From positions 26,633,937 to 26,697,936 of the forward strand of contig NC_068991.1 of assembly GCF_001194135.2 (NCBI RefSeq): a stretch of 64,000 bases of DNA, given 5' to 3'. Each line of letters begins with the position of its first letter. The first letter of the stretch is position 1. Below are positions 24,866 to 37,630 of this stretch, in pieces. The notes beneath the pieces are model-generated. The model saw only the letters and a program-made list of their open reading frames with translations. It made no database searches and was not told the DNA's origin. This DNA is from Octopus bimaculoides (taxonomy: Eukaryota). The translations under genes and the position numbers were made by a program.

Positions 24866-25409
24866 TGGAGAGTTAAATCTCAACATTTTGGATAAATATC
24901 CTTCCAAACTTATCAAAGGCTTCTCTAATGGCAGCAGGGTAATTCTTTCCAATACGGTGAGTCCATAAAGTTTTAAACAATTTCAGCATGACATTATGAA
25001 ATACTTAAAAAGGGTGGGAATTAAATTTTTGTTGCATTTGAATATTTTATTGGTAAAGTTTTTAATGATCTTAACAATTTTATTAATGTTACGTTTTAAG
25101 CAACAGACTTCAATTAATTTTATCTTTGTGTTTCTGAAAATTACAACACAACAAGGAAAGGCACAATATGTGTCTTACTTTGTCGAAGCAAAGATCTTTA
25201 AACACGAAGAAATTACATAGCTAAATACGGAAAATGTCAGTCCACTTGCTACAGGCATAAGCAATTTATGGAAAGCCATGTACCATCACTAATAATGATA
25301 GTCCTCATGAAGTCTGGGTTGTGGCTTTCACAGACCACCATGTCCTGAATGCGTTCCATTCGGATTTACCTCGCTTTCCACTGCGTCACATGGTGTTGAC
25401 ACGGAAATA

Positions 25410-26100
25410 GAAAGGCCATCGGTGCAAATTCACCCATCATTTCATCCAGTTAGTTGATGTATACATCTGCTGTAAATGACTTACCAAGTCTCATGAAGCT
25501 GTAGCAGATGACGCCATCGCTGGACCACCAAACACACACCATTAGCCTTTTTTGGTAAATATTCTTCTTTGGATTGTGTTTTCGCATTTCATCTCTATCC
25601 ATCCACCATGCAGAACGCTTGCTATTGTTGAAAAGCTTACCTTTTTCATCGCACGTAACAATACGATGCACAAATGGTTTGCTTTTATGCCGTGCAAGCG
25701 AAGAACAGCAAGTTTCAGGACGACGTGTTATTTGATGCTCGTTCAGTTCGTGTAGCACCCACTTGTCCAGCTTCTTTTCCTTGTCGATTTGTTTCAGATG
25801 GCCTAATACAGTTGAAATCGAAACATCAAACGTTGCTGATATTTCAAGTTTGAGATGTATCCGCTTCCACTACAATTTCCGGCTCATCATTATCCACCTT
25901 GGTCTAAGGTCTACCACGGGGCTGATTTTGAAGAGCAAAGTCACCAGACATGAACATCTCAAACCATCGACGTACAGAGTGCTCGTTCGCGACATCTTCA
26001 CCAAATATCTTATTGATGTCTGGGATGCATTTGATCGAATACGGGATTCATTTTTATAAACATGAATTTTTGATCTCTTCATAGGTTCAGAAATATTGAT
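25410..26100 (-). mobile_element. Mariner transposase fragment (5' two-thirds, no TIRs seen)
   Basis: NKIFGEDVANEHSVRRWFE, LHELNEHQITRR, PFVHRIVTCDEKGKLFNN and KRLMVCVWWSSDGVICYSF, truncated before the second catalytic D. Confidence 0.88.
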
Positions 26101-26165
26101 TTACTAGAGAAAAGTCACAATATTTTCAGACACTATGAATGGCATTTCGAAAATATTCTACATGG

Positions 26166-26214
<49 letters not shown>

Positions 26215-26233
26215 CGCGCGCGTATGTGTATGT

Positions 26234-26440
26234 GGAGGCGCAAAGGTTAGGGCGGCGAACTCGCGCTCGGAGGATTGCGGTTTCGATTCCCAGACCGGGC
26301 GTTGTGCGTATTTATTGAGCGAAAACACCTAAAGCCCCACGAGGTTCCGGCAGGAGTGGAGGATGGTGACGCATGTTATACTCTTTCGCCACAACTTTCT
26401 CACACTCTTTCTTCAAGTTTCTTGAGTAACGCTGCGATGG
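26234..26440 (+). mobile_element. tRNA-type SINE, family C
   Basis: ggaggcgca..ggttagggcggcgaactcgcgctcggaggattgcggtttcgattcccagaccggg is a tRNA-like head with a B box, followed by a non-tRNA body. Confidence 0.75.
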
Positions 26441-28152
26441 GGGAGTTGATCATGAAACTCTTCGAAACTAATTCATCCAATTATTAAAATATATGTATTT
26501 TTTCCCTGAACACCATAAGTAACTCTCAGATCGTTTAGTAAGGAGTGGTATTTAACTATTTATGTTTAACCTACCCTCAGTAATCTCTGATATGTCTGTA
26601 TCTTATGCATTGTTGTCTTTCTTTTGGAGCGATAATTGGATTATAGGTTATTATAGAAACTACGATGTTATAGATGGTTTGCAATATACTCTTAGTGAAA
26701 AATATTATCTTGAAGGTAAAATTTCATATCAAAGAGAGGTGACATGAATTGAACTCTCTAAATGCAATCATTATTTTTGAAAACGTTAGTTAAGTTTCTG
26801 AGAAAATTATTTTCTTTATACTTCTCTAACATATTTCCTGTTTAAATCGTGTCGGCACGACAACCTCGATCATACCTGAATCAATTTAATAAGATATCAA
26901 AGCTATTATCCTACAACCCGCAATGTTTCCATTAGTGGAAGGAACATAGTTTCTTCATCAGACTGAGATGTACCGGTTAACGATAAGAATTTACAAAACT
27001 TCTATATATATTTATACCGTAACTGATTAATTATTTAATACGTTTAGTAATAATGCTAAACTGACACTTTTATTATAATTTCTTCAAATGATGATCGAAA
27101 ATTAACGTTATAGGAACAAGCATTTTCTCTATATAATGTATTATCTACATCAGCTATTGTATATTTCAAGTATAAAATGTCTTATTTTTGAATTGTCCGA
27201 ATCCTAAGGAGAGTTACTTAGTTAATAATTATTAACCTCTGATTGATTATAATCAATCAAAATTAGTGTTATTAGCAGAGGTGATAAAGTATGAAGAAAA
27301 GTCTTCGCGGTATTTAATTTCGGTATTTTACGATTCTAAGTTCAACTCCCTTTGATGTCGATTTTGTTTTCTCTCCTACAAGTAATGGAATCGATAAATC
27401 TGTAACTGTAGATGTTATTCTGTTCTACACCACCTCAATGTTCCAGTTTCGAAATAAATCTTTGGTAGAGAGCTATAAGGAGTGTTTCTGCACAATATGT
27501 TCATCCGACTTGAATTTGTGTCAAAGGTAAAGGCTTGACTATAAAGTAATACAGGTATGGTCTCGTCTGACCTTCCACCATTTCCTTAATAACATTAAAT
27601 ATTATCCTATAATAATATCAAGATAATGGTAAAATCAAATGCGACGAGCGACAAAATTGTCGCTGATTACTGTCACAACTGCATCAATCCATTTCGTATT
27701 CAGTTCAAGAAATTCCAAAATTAATTACTTCAAAACTATTACCCACCGACCATACTAACACATGTTCCATTAAAGTTACTTTATTGGGTTGAGTCCGAAC
27801 AGGAGCAACTGTACCGTAATTAATCTCTGAAGGGAGATTAGTAAGAGATTTTAGACCGATTCCAATAAACAGTGTAAGAATTTGACAGGAAATGTCATTG
27901 AGATTATATTGCATCAAAGTGCAAGTTAATGAGAACTCCATGTCCATTAAGAGAGTTTTGAAAAGTCCATAAATGAATTATATACGCAGGGTTTGCATTC
28001 AGTTTGCACTTGTAATTAAGTAAATAACCTCAAACATATGATCGAAATTATCTCCAGTACAACAGCTTATACGTTGGCATCGTAAAAATATATGACACTT
28101 AGATTTATCAATATATATAATACTTTTTTCAATGTTGACATTTATTGACGAA

Positions 28153-28155
<3 letters not shown>

Positions 28156-28231
<76 letters not shown>
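28156..28231. repeat. (TAA)n microsatellite
   Basis: Read directly. Confidence 0.95.
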
Positions 28232-28232
<1 letters not shown>

Positions 28233-28452
28233 TCCTACGTAAAATACTGTCTACGTGATCTCAAATTTTAAAGCAAACACATAATTTTCTTATGGTTTCT
28301 TAAACATTCTCTAGAACAACACTATATACAAATCCAAATATATGGTACCCTAGGCATAACACCTACATGAACTTCTAACTTGTTGTCTCTTGAGGTCTCT
28401 GGGTGAGACTTGGATGCAACTTGTACAAATGCAAAACAAAAGTCAAACATAA
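28232..28452 (+). mobile_element. Dong/R4 LINE extreme 3' end (5'-truncated), flanked by (TAA)n on both sides
   Basis: Starts with ILRKILST*, then a 3' UTR homologous to the 1085-1375 copy; (AAT)7 follows at 28453-28473. Confidence 0.8.
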
Positions 28453-28789
28453 AATAATAATAATAATAATAATGACTGATAAGCAAAGTGAAATACTCTC
28501 TGAACCAACCATAAACATGCGCGAAACACGCGAAATCAACACCGCAAAGTTTACAGATTGTAAAATAAAATTGAACAAGACAGTAAGTACATAAATTAAG
28601 TAATGACGCACACACTCGAATGTCTACACAATTATATATACATTTTAATACATATAGGACTACACATACATCCCAATGTTTACGCAACTACTTGAAATTT
28701 ACAGGACACACATGTGTCACAGACGAAGCAAAAGAAACATTTTTTTTTTATTTTCGAACTAACGCAGAATCCGAAAATTAAAGAAAATA

Positions 28790-29665
28790 TATAATAGAAA
28801 AACTATATTTGACATCGATACCACAATAGAAACCATCAAGCAAAATGTATGTGCTAAAGCTGGCCGCATATCAAAGTATGAAAAACGCGTTATATTGTTT
28901 AAATACAACAATATATTCCAAAATTACCCCAAAAGTACTTACAGGAAGAGAAGGAAAATTCCAGCTACAGTAAAGTCTGTCCAATCAAAAGAAGAAGTGC
29001 AAGAGCTTTGGAATAAAGTTTGAACAGAATAAAAAACGCTCAATGAAAAGGCCCCTTGAATTGATAGAATATCTACAGACTTAGACAGCTTAGAAGAGCG
29101 AAAGTTGGAGGGTAGCAAGCGAGGGGATGTATGATCTGCTCTCAGGAAGTCAAGTAAATGGAAGTCTCCAAGAAAGGATAACATTCCCATCTTCTGGTTG
29201 CATGCCTTCACAGAGAGCCATGAACTGCTAAGAAAACTTTGCAACAATGTTTTGCAACAACCATGTATGATTCCCTCTTGGATAGTTAATGGTGTAATAT
29301 TTCTACTTCCAGAAAATAAAGAAACAAATGAACCAAAAACTTATAGACCCATTACCGGCTTAACAACAACGTATAAAATGCTAACCTCTGTCTTGATTGA
29401 ATGTACCTGCAGTTATTTTTTAATAGAAAGTGGCATATGCCCTAATGAGCAAAAATGATGTACTCATCAATATGATGATCTTGGAAAATTGTCACAAACG
29501 ACACAAAAACTTGTCGATAGCCTGGATAGACTATAAAAATGCTTTCGATAGAATGCAGCACCCTAAGGCAGATATCGAACGACTTTACCTGCCAAGAAAA
29601 GAGGGTGGCCGTGTACTTTTACAACTTGAATTAACAATGAAGATTGCCAGTTGACCTTGATAGCT
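28790..29665 (+). mobile_element. Dong/R4 LINE RT fragment with a large internal deletion
   Basis: KQNVCAKAGRISKYEKR, ALRKSSKWKSPRKDNIPIFWL, TYRPITGLTTTYKMLTSVL and KNLSIAWIDYKNAFD, joined directly to HPKADIERLYLPRKEGGR. Confidence 0.92.
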
Positions 29666-29669
29666 ACCT

Positions 29670-31440
29670 GGATACCACATTGGTGTATTTGGGTGATCGA
29701 AGCGAGGCCTGTCATGCGGTTGTAAATGCCTGAGGAAGTTAGCGAGGTTTTTGCAGCCCACTTTCCTATCCGCTGCTCCTACATAATCTTTGCTTGTGTC
29801 TAAGATCCCATTCCACTAATGAGCGAGATGTCCCTAGAACAGACTCTAGATGTCTGAAGAAATCTGGCCGTTCAGCTTCTGTTGGGACATAGACGGTCAC
29901 TAGTCTGAAAGCTCCTACGTTACTTTCTTTGGTACATTCGTCCAAGACAACCATCCTTCCGACCGGGTCGAGGAAAACCGTATTCACCTTCAGGTGAAGG
30001 CCTTTCCGCAAAAGCACCCCGACACCATTTGATCCAGGCTGACCAGTGGAGATATAAACCTCCTAGTCATCCAGAAGAAGAGCAGGTGATTGCGTTTCGG
30101 AAATCCTAGTTTCACTAATGGCTACTACATCCAGACATAGTAACCGCAAGTCGTTGAGCAGGTGACGATGTTTCCACACTGCCCTCAGGCCACGAGCATT
30201 TAGAGGAACCTATTCTTAAAATTGCCATTCCAGGATGAGAGAAACAAACAAAAGAGGAGTCAATTACATACTCTTGGTTTGGGTTGATCCATTCTCGGGT
30301 CCTTTAAATGGGCCTTCCAATATCCATTTATCTAAAAGGTTTTTGAAAATTCCACGTCATGTAGGAAACGTTTCCTCAGAAAACGATACATAGTGGGAGT
30401 TGTTCCAATCAGAACCCTCACTTCTGGAGTTTTGACGATGGGGAGAGCACCAAGACCTTCACCCGTTGTCAAACTTTTGTCTTTGTTTGTGTCTACAAAT
30501 TCATCAATTCCCTGTTGTCCTTGTCCGAAAGATGTTGTTCAGCAAGTTCCGTCTCTTCTGGTTGATGTAAGTTTTGGTCATGTTGGTTCTTTTTGTTTCG
30601 GCTTCCTCTGTTACAGATTTTGTTTTGCTTCCCGCTGTTGCTGAGAATGCTGTTTCATTCCTTGGTATTGTTGTAGTTGAATTATGCCTTCTTCTTGTTT
30701 TAGCTTCAACTGCCGTTGCTGCTGCTAAAGTTGTTGGCCTGCAGCTTTGGTTTCGAAATTGGCTGCCGAGAAACTACTCAGATTCAAACCCACAAACTTT
30801 TGGGATTTAGGGGTTACGTCTGTATTTTCACTTCCTCATTTCCTTTTTGCTGGTCACTCGGTGATAACCCACTCGGGTGGTTTTGTCTCATCTGGAACCC
30901 CTTCTATATCCAAGGAGTCGGGAGGATTTTTATGGCCTTGTTGCCTCTCTGTTCCAATGTTAGACGTTGTGCTTGCCGCTGCATTCCTCATTGAGATTTT
31001 AACGAAGTTGGTGTTGAAAATATCGCAGCGGTATGAGGCACCTCTCTCGTCTTCTCTACAGTGCGGCAGAAAGCTTTTAAGTGACCGGTTTTGCTACAGA
31101 TGTGACACTGTGTTTCCTAACCTCCACAACCACCTGCATCCTCCTTGCACTCTGCAAAACAAGAAAAAAATCCGGGATAGCATGAACTTCTTCCGGAGCA
31201 AACAAAACTTGGAACTCCATGGACACTCCTGTCCTGTTTTGTTGAGGGCTTGATCGTAAGCGTATCGCCTCCCCGTGCTTCTCTAGCATTACCATTATTA
31301 CGGAAGGCTACGCCTCCTCCAGACATTTTTCTATTTCAGCTGGGGAAGGGTATAGCGGCTTTCTCTCTCTACGATGAATGCACTTATAAATTATCGTTCA
31401 CTATTTGCTGGAAATCCTTTCCTCTTCCGGGAGAGCCATG
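29670..31440 (-). mobile_element. Tx1/L1-clade LINE 5' half: ORF1 (CCHC knuckle) + start of ORF2 APE endonuclease
   Basis: ORF1 ATG at 31439 with knuckle CHICSKTGHLKAFC (31107-31066). ORF2 ATG at 30228 leads, across a frameshift, to LNARGL, VAISETR, GVGVLL, DPVGRMVVLD and LVTVYVP, and is truncated at ~29670. Confidence 0.88.
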
Positions 31441-31564
31441 ACACCGAGTCGAATGATATCTTTCTGATATTTTTTAACTGCCTCTGCTTTCCATTGCAGG
31501 GAATGAGTGGTCCATACATTTATCATATTTGCGAAGGACATTTTTTCTTCAGATGTGTATTCTC

Positions 31565-31780
31565 GTTATTGTCTGTTCCTACTATTATTGTTGTTGATGT
31601 TACTACTATTATTGTTGTTGTTGGTGGTGTTGTTCTTGCTAATATCGTTGTTGTTGGAGTATTCACGAGTCATGCTGGTGTTAGTGGTCTTGTTTTGGCT
31701 GTTGGTAATGTTGTTTTTGATGTTGGTGGTGATGGTAGTGATGGTGTTGGTGTTGGTAGTGTTGGTGTTATTATCAATAG
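31565..31780. repeat. Degenerate (GTT)/(GGT) low-complexity tract
   Basis: Read directly. Confidence 0.85.
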
Positions 31781-32864
31781 GTTGTTTGCAAAAGTCAAAG
31801 AGAGTGCCGATCGATACGCTATGTCGGGTGTCGATTGAACACGAGGGAACACATACATTTCCTCCTACACCCACTCCTCTATTTAAACAAATGCCTGCCA
31901 TGTAAAAAGGGATAAATTGAAAAATATGTCCGAGAAAGTTTTCGGAACGGGCTTCCCTGCTGTTCTGTGACTGAAATGGTGTGAAACTCTTTCAAAGATA
32001 CTTGGATACATCCGCAAAACAGTTATAATTTCGGCGACCGAAAAAGGCAAAAAACAAGCAAAAATTTGAGAAAACACACCAGCGACGATTATTATTATTA
32101 TTATTATAACGATCTCAAATTTACGCTCAATGCCAGCAATTTCTGGGGAGGAAGTTAGATGATAATAATTTGTACAGAAAGAAATGGGTCAATCTATAGC
32201 CCTCATGTATTAATCTATTTTGAATCTAAAAACTGCGTCTCAAGATTTTGTAATGAACCATAGTTAATTAATCAAACCCTTGTCAAATTATATATTTCAT
32301 TATTAATGCTTCCAATGTAAGGATTCTGTGCTAAACAGTGAAACATAAGTGTCGATTGAAAGATTGACATGTGACGCATACATTTCAAGGCAGAAATATG
32401 AAGTCAAATGTTTTTTTCTGCTCCTCTCATGATGTAAATTGCTGATGAAAATGAGAGAAAAGGAAATCTTTAAAATGTAATGTAAATGTGGGGGTTAGAT
32501 AACAGTGAGAGGAGATAAAAGAAGGCAAAATGCTAATGTAACTGGAATTAGACAGATATATATATATATGCAAATAACCAAATAAATGTTGTGACATAGA
32601 TATTACGTTAGCATTTTCATTTTTCAACCTCGTGCTTACCTACTACACCCAAAGAGGTGACACATGAGAGAAATGAGAAATAACAAATAAATTCAAATAA
32701 CTTTATTTGAATTACTATTCCTTCTAGTGAGAAGGCGACCAGTTGGCAGAATCGTTACCACACCGGGCGAAATTCTTGGTGGCGTTCTAGGTACATTTAC
32801 AATGTGTATTAACTTCGTTTCAATGGGCAATGCGGTATCGTTTATTTCGAGATATTTATCAGGC

Positions 32865-33050
32865 ACAGTGTGGCTGTGTAGGTGCAGACGAGACTTTGCA
32901 GTAAAAAGCTTGCTTCCCAACAACATGATTCCGGGCTCAGTTCCACTGCATGGAATCTTGAGCAAGTGTCTTCTACTATAGCCTGACGCCAACTAAATAA
33001 ACACTTGTGAGTAGATTTAGTGGATGGAAAGCCAGTCATATATATGGGTG
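32865..33050 (+). mobile_element. SINE family B (5' part) ending in (GT)n
   Basis: gtgtggctgtgt...aaaagcttgcttcccaacaacatgattccgggctcagttccactgcatggaatcttgagcaagtgtcttctactatagcc. Confidence 0.8.
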
Positions 33051-33059
33051 TGTTTGTGC

Positions 33060-33101
<42 letters not shown>

Positions 33102-33445
33102 GTGTTCAGACAACAATGTTAATGGTAATAGAGCCAATAAACCACAGATAATACCCCAAGTATACCACATGCAACCATTATACGTTGGCAGCATAACATT
33201 TAATGATACATTCCAGGATAGTATGGTTAACATAAATATAATGAATAATGCCTGTTATAATAACTCGAGTAATAGCGACAATATAATACTTCTATGAATT
33301 TGAACAGTAGCCTGAACGATGACACTATAAACTTGATTAAAAGGGTTAGAAAAATCCTAATAATAATAATCACAGTTTCAATTGTAGAGAAAGATTCCAC
33401 TGCCCGCTATTATGTCAGTACTTAGTAGGAAATGTTATATATATA

Positions 33446-33775
33446 TTAGGTTGGCAAGAAAGTAATGTAGTTTTTCGTTACAATTTATTTAAATGACTTT
33501 TGTCAATGTTATGAATGTTTTTTTTCTTTAGACTTTTGATGTCCGTAAATTTTAGTTTACTTTAGAAGCAAATTGCGCGTAATTTTGCTTAAAGCTGTTA
33601 GTTTAGTGTCAATTTTAACATGAAAGTCACAACATTTCCGCCACATTTTGCATTTTTTTTTTTTTCTGTAAAGGCAAGAGAGCTACTGGGGTTCATAAAG
33701 AGATATGTGAAGTTTATGGTGTTGATTGCTAAATAGATCGCACGTGTCAGAAATGGTTGAAAAAATTCCGTACTA
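33446..33775 (+). mobile_element. Mariner 5' fragment (left TIR + transposase start)
   Basis: TA|ttaggttggcaagaaagtaatgtagtttt resembles the Hsmar1-type TIR. It is followed by HFRHILHF and GKRATGVHKEICEVYG..DRTCQKWLKKFR. Confidence 0.82.
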
Positions 33776-34019
33776 TTAGTTTCTGTACAGTACTGACAGA
33801 AACAAATATCTTTATTTATATCGGATGCTCAATAAATACGAAAAAAACGCTTGAATAACCATTTTTCTTCCTTTAGACTTAGGCATAAAGTCAGCAGTAC
33901 CTCATTAGCTATGAAAACCTGGGAACTCAAGAATAATTATTATAAAATTCGATCTAAAGTGGGATATAGTGCGTAGACCACAACCTTACGCAAAAGCCGG
34001 TATGGGTGTGGATATGATG

Positions 34020-34470
34020 TATCATCATCATCATCATCATCATTATCATCGTTTAACGTCCGCTTTCCATGCTAGCATGGGTTGGACGATTTGACTGAGG
34101 ACTGGTGAAACCGGATGGCAACACCAGGCTCCAGTCTGATTTGGCAGAGTTTCTACAGCTGGATGCCCTTCCTAACGCCAACCACTCAGAGAGTGTAGTG
34201 GGTGCTTTTACGTGTCACCCGCACGAAAACGGCCACGCTCGAAATGGTGTCTTTTATGTGCCACCCGCACAAGCCAGTCCAGGGGCACTGGCAACGGTCT
34301 CGCTCGAAAATCCTACAGGAGCCAGTCAGGCGGTACTGGCAACGGCCACGCTCAAAATGGTGCATCTCATGTGCCACCCGCACAAGAACCAGTCCAGGGG
34401 CACTGGCAACGATCTTACTTGGCTTGCCGGGTCTTCTCACGCACAGCCCATTTCCAAAGGTCTCGGTATG
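34020..34470 (-). mobile_element. RTE LINE 3' UTR (or derived SINE) with (GAT)n tail
   Basis: The reverse complement ends ...catgctagcatggaaagcggacgttaaacgatgat, the same terminus as the RTE at 44070-44812 (catgcaagcctggaaaacggacgttaaacgatgatg). Confidence 0.8.
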
Positions 34471-34539
34471 AAGATATATAAAGCATTCAAATATATAGAT
34501 AAACAAATATAAAGATATTTTTGTGACATAATTTATTCG

Positions 34540-36240
34540 GGATGCCACATCATCCATAGCCTACTCTGTGCGATGTCGAAATCTATTCAATAATGCATTC
34601 TTGTGATATTTAATCTCTCCGATCTATAGGCTTTTAATAATTACAATATGCATTTACCCCTTTCCAGGGGTGAATCGCTTCTATCATGGTTTATATAATA
34701 TATTCATGTCTTTTAACAAATTCTTAAAATTCGCAACTCATCTAAGTATAAAATATACCATCAAAGATCTATTACTATTCTACCTCGATCATTTTCTTTG
34801 ATGTACTTTAGATATATCTTATAAATCCATTTCCTAAGGAAATTTTGTCTCTATTAAAACTTGGCATATTTATATGTTAATTTTATCTTGTATTAATAGC
34901 AATTTTCCGGATATAACTATTTCTATATACCAATACCATTAGAAATAAACGTTTGTATTATATTTTGTTTCGTCTTATATCCTTCCTTATAACATTTTAT
35001 ACCCTTTTATATCATATTTATATATGTTCGTATAAAAAGATATGTTAAAAAATTTTTCTTATATTTTATAAATTTTTCTTATTTCTTTTTTTAGATTTTA
35101 TGCATTTATATACCCTTTAAAACATTTTGATGGATTTATAGAGTATTTTAATATATATATATATTTTTATTAGACACTATATCTTACAAATTCTTATATT
35201 TTGTTTTTATGCCTTAATACATCCATCATATATTTTTATTGTTTTATTTTATTATATTTATACTTTTTTCGTAAAACTTGGCTGCATACTGTAATCTTAT
35301 TTTATTATATTTTATTAATCATGCATGATATTCATTATGTGATTAGAGAACTGCATTTGTTTAAATCCTGTATTTGAATGTATTCCTTTATATATATTTA
35401 ATATCTCTAATTTATTTCCTCTTTACAATAGATCTCATTTCTTACTGTATCCTATCTTTACCCATCCGTGTTTGACGGGAATGGTTTTAATATCAGTTTA
35501 ATTGCATACTGTAGGTATCTATTTATATTATACATATTTCCGTTATACATTCATCATATAATATTTACCAAAATATTCTATTTCATTTATGAACAGTCTT
35601 AATATTTCTCTTATATCTTAATGTATTTCCTTATTAAAAATATTAAGTGTAACTTCTAGTATTATATCTTGCTTTAACATTATAAATATGCTAAGTTGCA
35701 ATGTGCTCCTTTCCCTATTCTCTGTACATTTCTTCCACCCCTAATTTCTAATACATATTCCTTTAGTTTTTTCCTTACCTTCACATTCCTTTCAGATGAC
35801 AATCAAAATAAGTATTAATAGCTTTTCCTACCCTTCTTTCTTCAAACTATCGTCCCCTCCCTATCATGCATTACCCCTTCTTTTATCACCCTAAGCCTTA
35901 CCCTTTGGTGTAGATAGAGCCGGATATAAGGTTCCAGTACTTAGATAGTCTAGTAGGTTGTCATGATATTAATTTATCACTTTTGCCTAGAATACAGCTA
36001 CAATTCTCAAAGGATTTAACTTTAGATGATTGAAGACTACATTCTCCCTATTGTCATCGAAGTGTACGTAGCTAGGTATTTACTCTCAATTATTCCACCA
36101 CCCCACACTAAAACCTCCAATAACCTCTAAATTCTAGTAGATTCGAGACTACATAGACTATTTTTCTAAACTCATTCTGCCAAAGTGATAGCAACAGAAT
36201 TAATGCAAATAATTGAGCTCCGTTCGTGACACAAATATGT
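34540..36240 (-). mobile_element. Very old LINE-like relic (CR1/L2-like?)
   Basis: Strand-skewed, purine-rich minus strand with only a faint SHRVGYG*CGIP (cf. FS.RVV..WN.LP) near 34550. Confidence 0.2.
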
Positions 36241-36394
36241 TAAAACATTTTGTTTTTCCTTTGTGTTTGAAGTCTATGCAGTCATCTGAAGAAAGCAGTT
36301 TCTTTGCAATAATGTAATGTCTCCATTAATCATTTAAAGGAATCACTTGAAACGGCCGTAATGAGCTGACACTTGTTCATCTTTGTTACTCATT

Positions 36395-36429
<35 letters not shown>

Positions 36430-37581
36430 ATAGCGAGAGAGGAACACATTTAGCTTTAAAGGATCTAGTTTTTTTTTTCATTCGCAAAATATGCATATTT
36501 TAAAAGACAGTAAAAAGTCTGAAAATCAGCTATAATAATGTAGCCTTCCACTCTCATTGTTTTGAAAGTATGATATTGTTGAGAAAAAAATGGAAGAAAA
36601 CCATACAGAGGTTTAGAACTCGAAAAAACTGCATATTTTTAGCCAATACCGAGACAGAAATTTTATGCGTTTAACGGAGCGGTGTCAACTTTAAGGATGT
36701 ACCCTGTGAAATTTACAGTTTAGCGTCTAACAAGTTCATTGTAGGTTTCTAAATAAACAGAAATACCTAATAAAATCAACATGTATCATTTTACTGTTTA
36801 TTTTGTCTACTCATTGATTGTATGGTTCTATTATTTTTAAAATTTTGTTATATTGATATATTTGTCTCCATGTGTTTACTTTATGCATATTTCAGTATTA
36901 TGCATACCTGTCATGTATTTGTGTACATCATTAGTATATAAGTGCATGTGGATATATGCATTCATATATAAGTTTATATGTACATTTATGCATTCATATG
37001 TGTGCGTGTGTGTATGAAGGGGGTGCTGTCTCCAAAATTCCAAAATTGAGTAACGTTTTCATGCTTGGATTTGTAAAGTACGATAAGAACAACATTAGTC
37101 AACAAAGAATTTGTCCCAAGGAAAAAGAACACCTGTATCTCATACGTTTTTGCATGCAAAATTCAAAAATAATTTCAAATCTTCTGTATCATCTACGGTT
37201 TTCTGTTTCACGATATCCCTCTCAGTTCCTGTTACGTGGGCTAAATTTCAGTTAAGCTGTTGAAATGTGAAGCTAACGGTTTAAGAAATACTCTTATTTT
37301 GAATTTTTATAAACAGAATTAACCTAGTGAAATCATAAATCCAGCTATCTGAGTCAATGAGTCCTAAAAATATATGAAATGAAAAATATGTAACAATACT
37401 AACACACAGAAAAAAGCACAGAAAAATACTAACGCACAGGAAAATATGTAATGTACTTACACACATAAAAATTTTTAAAAACGCGCGGGTGAAAAGAATC
37501 TTGTGGTGTGAAGAATTAAGTGTGAAAAATCAACATAGACTACAGCGGCAGAGACAATTATGAAGCACAACACAGCGTGTG

Positions 37582-37630
37582 GTTGTCATGGTAACAAGCT
37601 GCTAATATTACGCTGTCTGCTGATTGGCTA
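37582..37630. promoter_or_regulatory. RFX X-box (GTTGTCATGGTAAC) plus NF-Y CCAAT box (CTGATTGGCTA)
   Basis: The X-box at 37582-37595 fits RTHNYY-WT-RRNRAC exactly. An inverted CCAAT with canonical flanks lies at 37620-37630. Function is unproven. Confidence 0.35.

Noticed and set aside
26234-26310. Possible tRNA genes (also ~47725 and the family A heads)
   Set aside because: A and B boxes are present but there is no full cloverleaf, and each continues into a shared SINE body.
31507-31905. Thr/Asn-rich or Leu/Val-rich ORFs
   Set aside because: Low-complexity degenerate trinucleotide DNA is open in several frames by composition alone.
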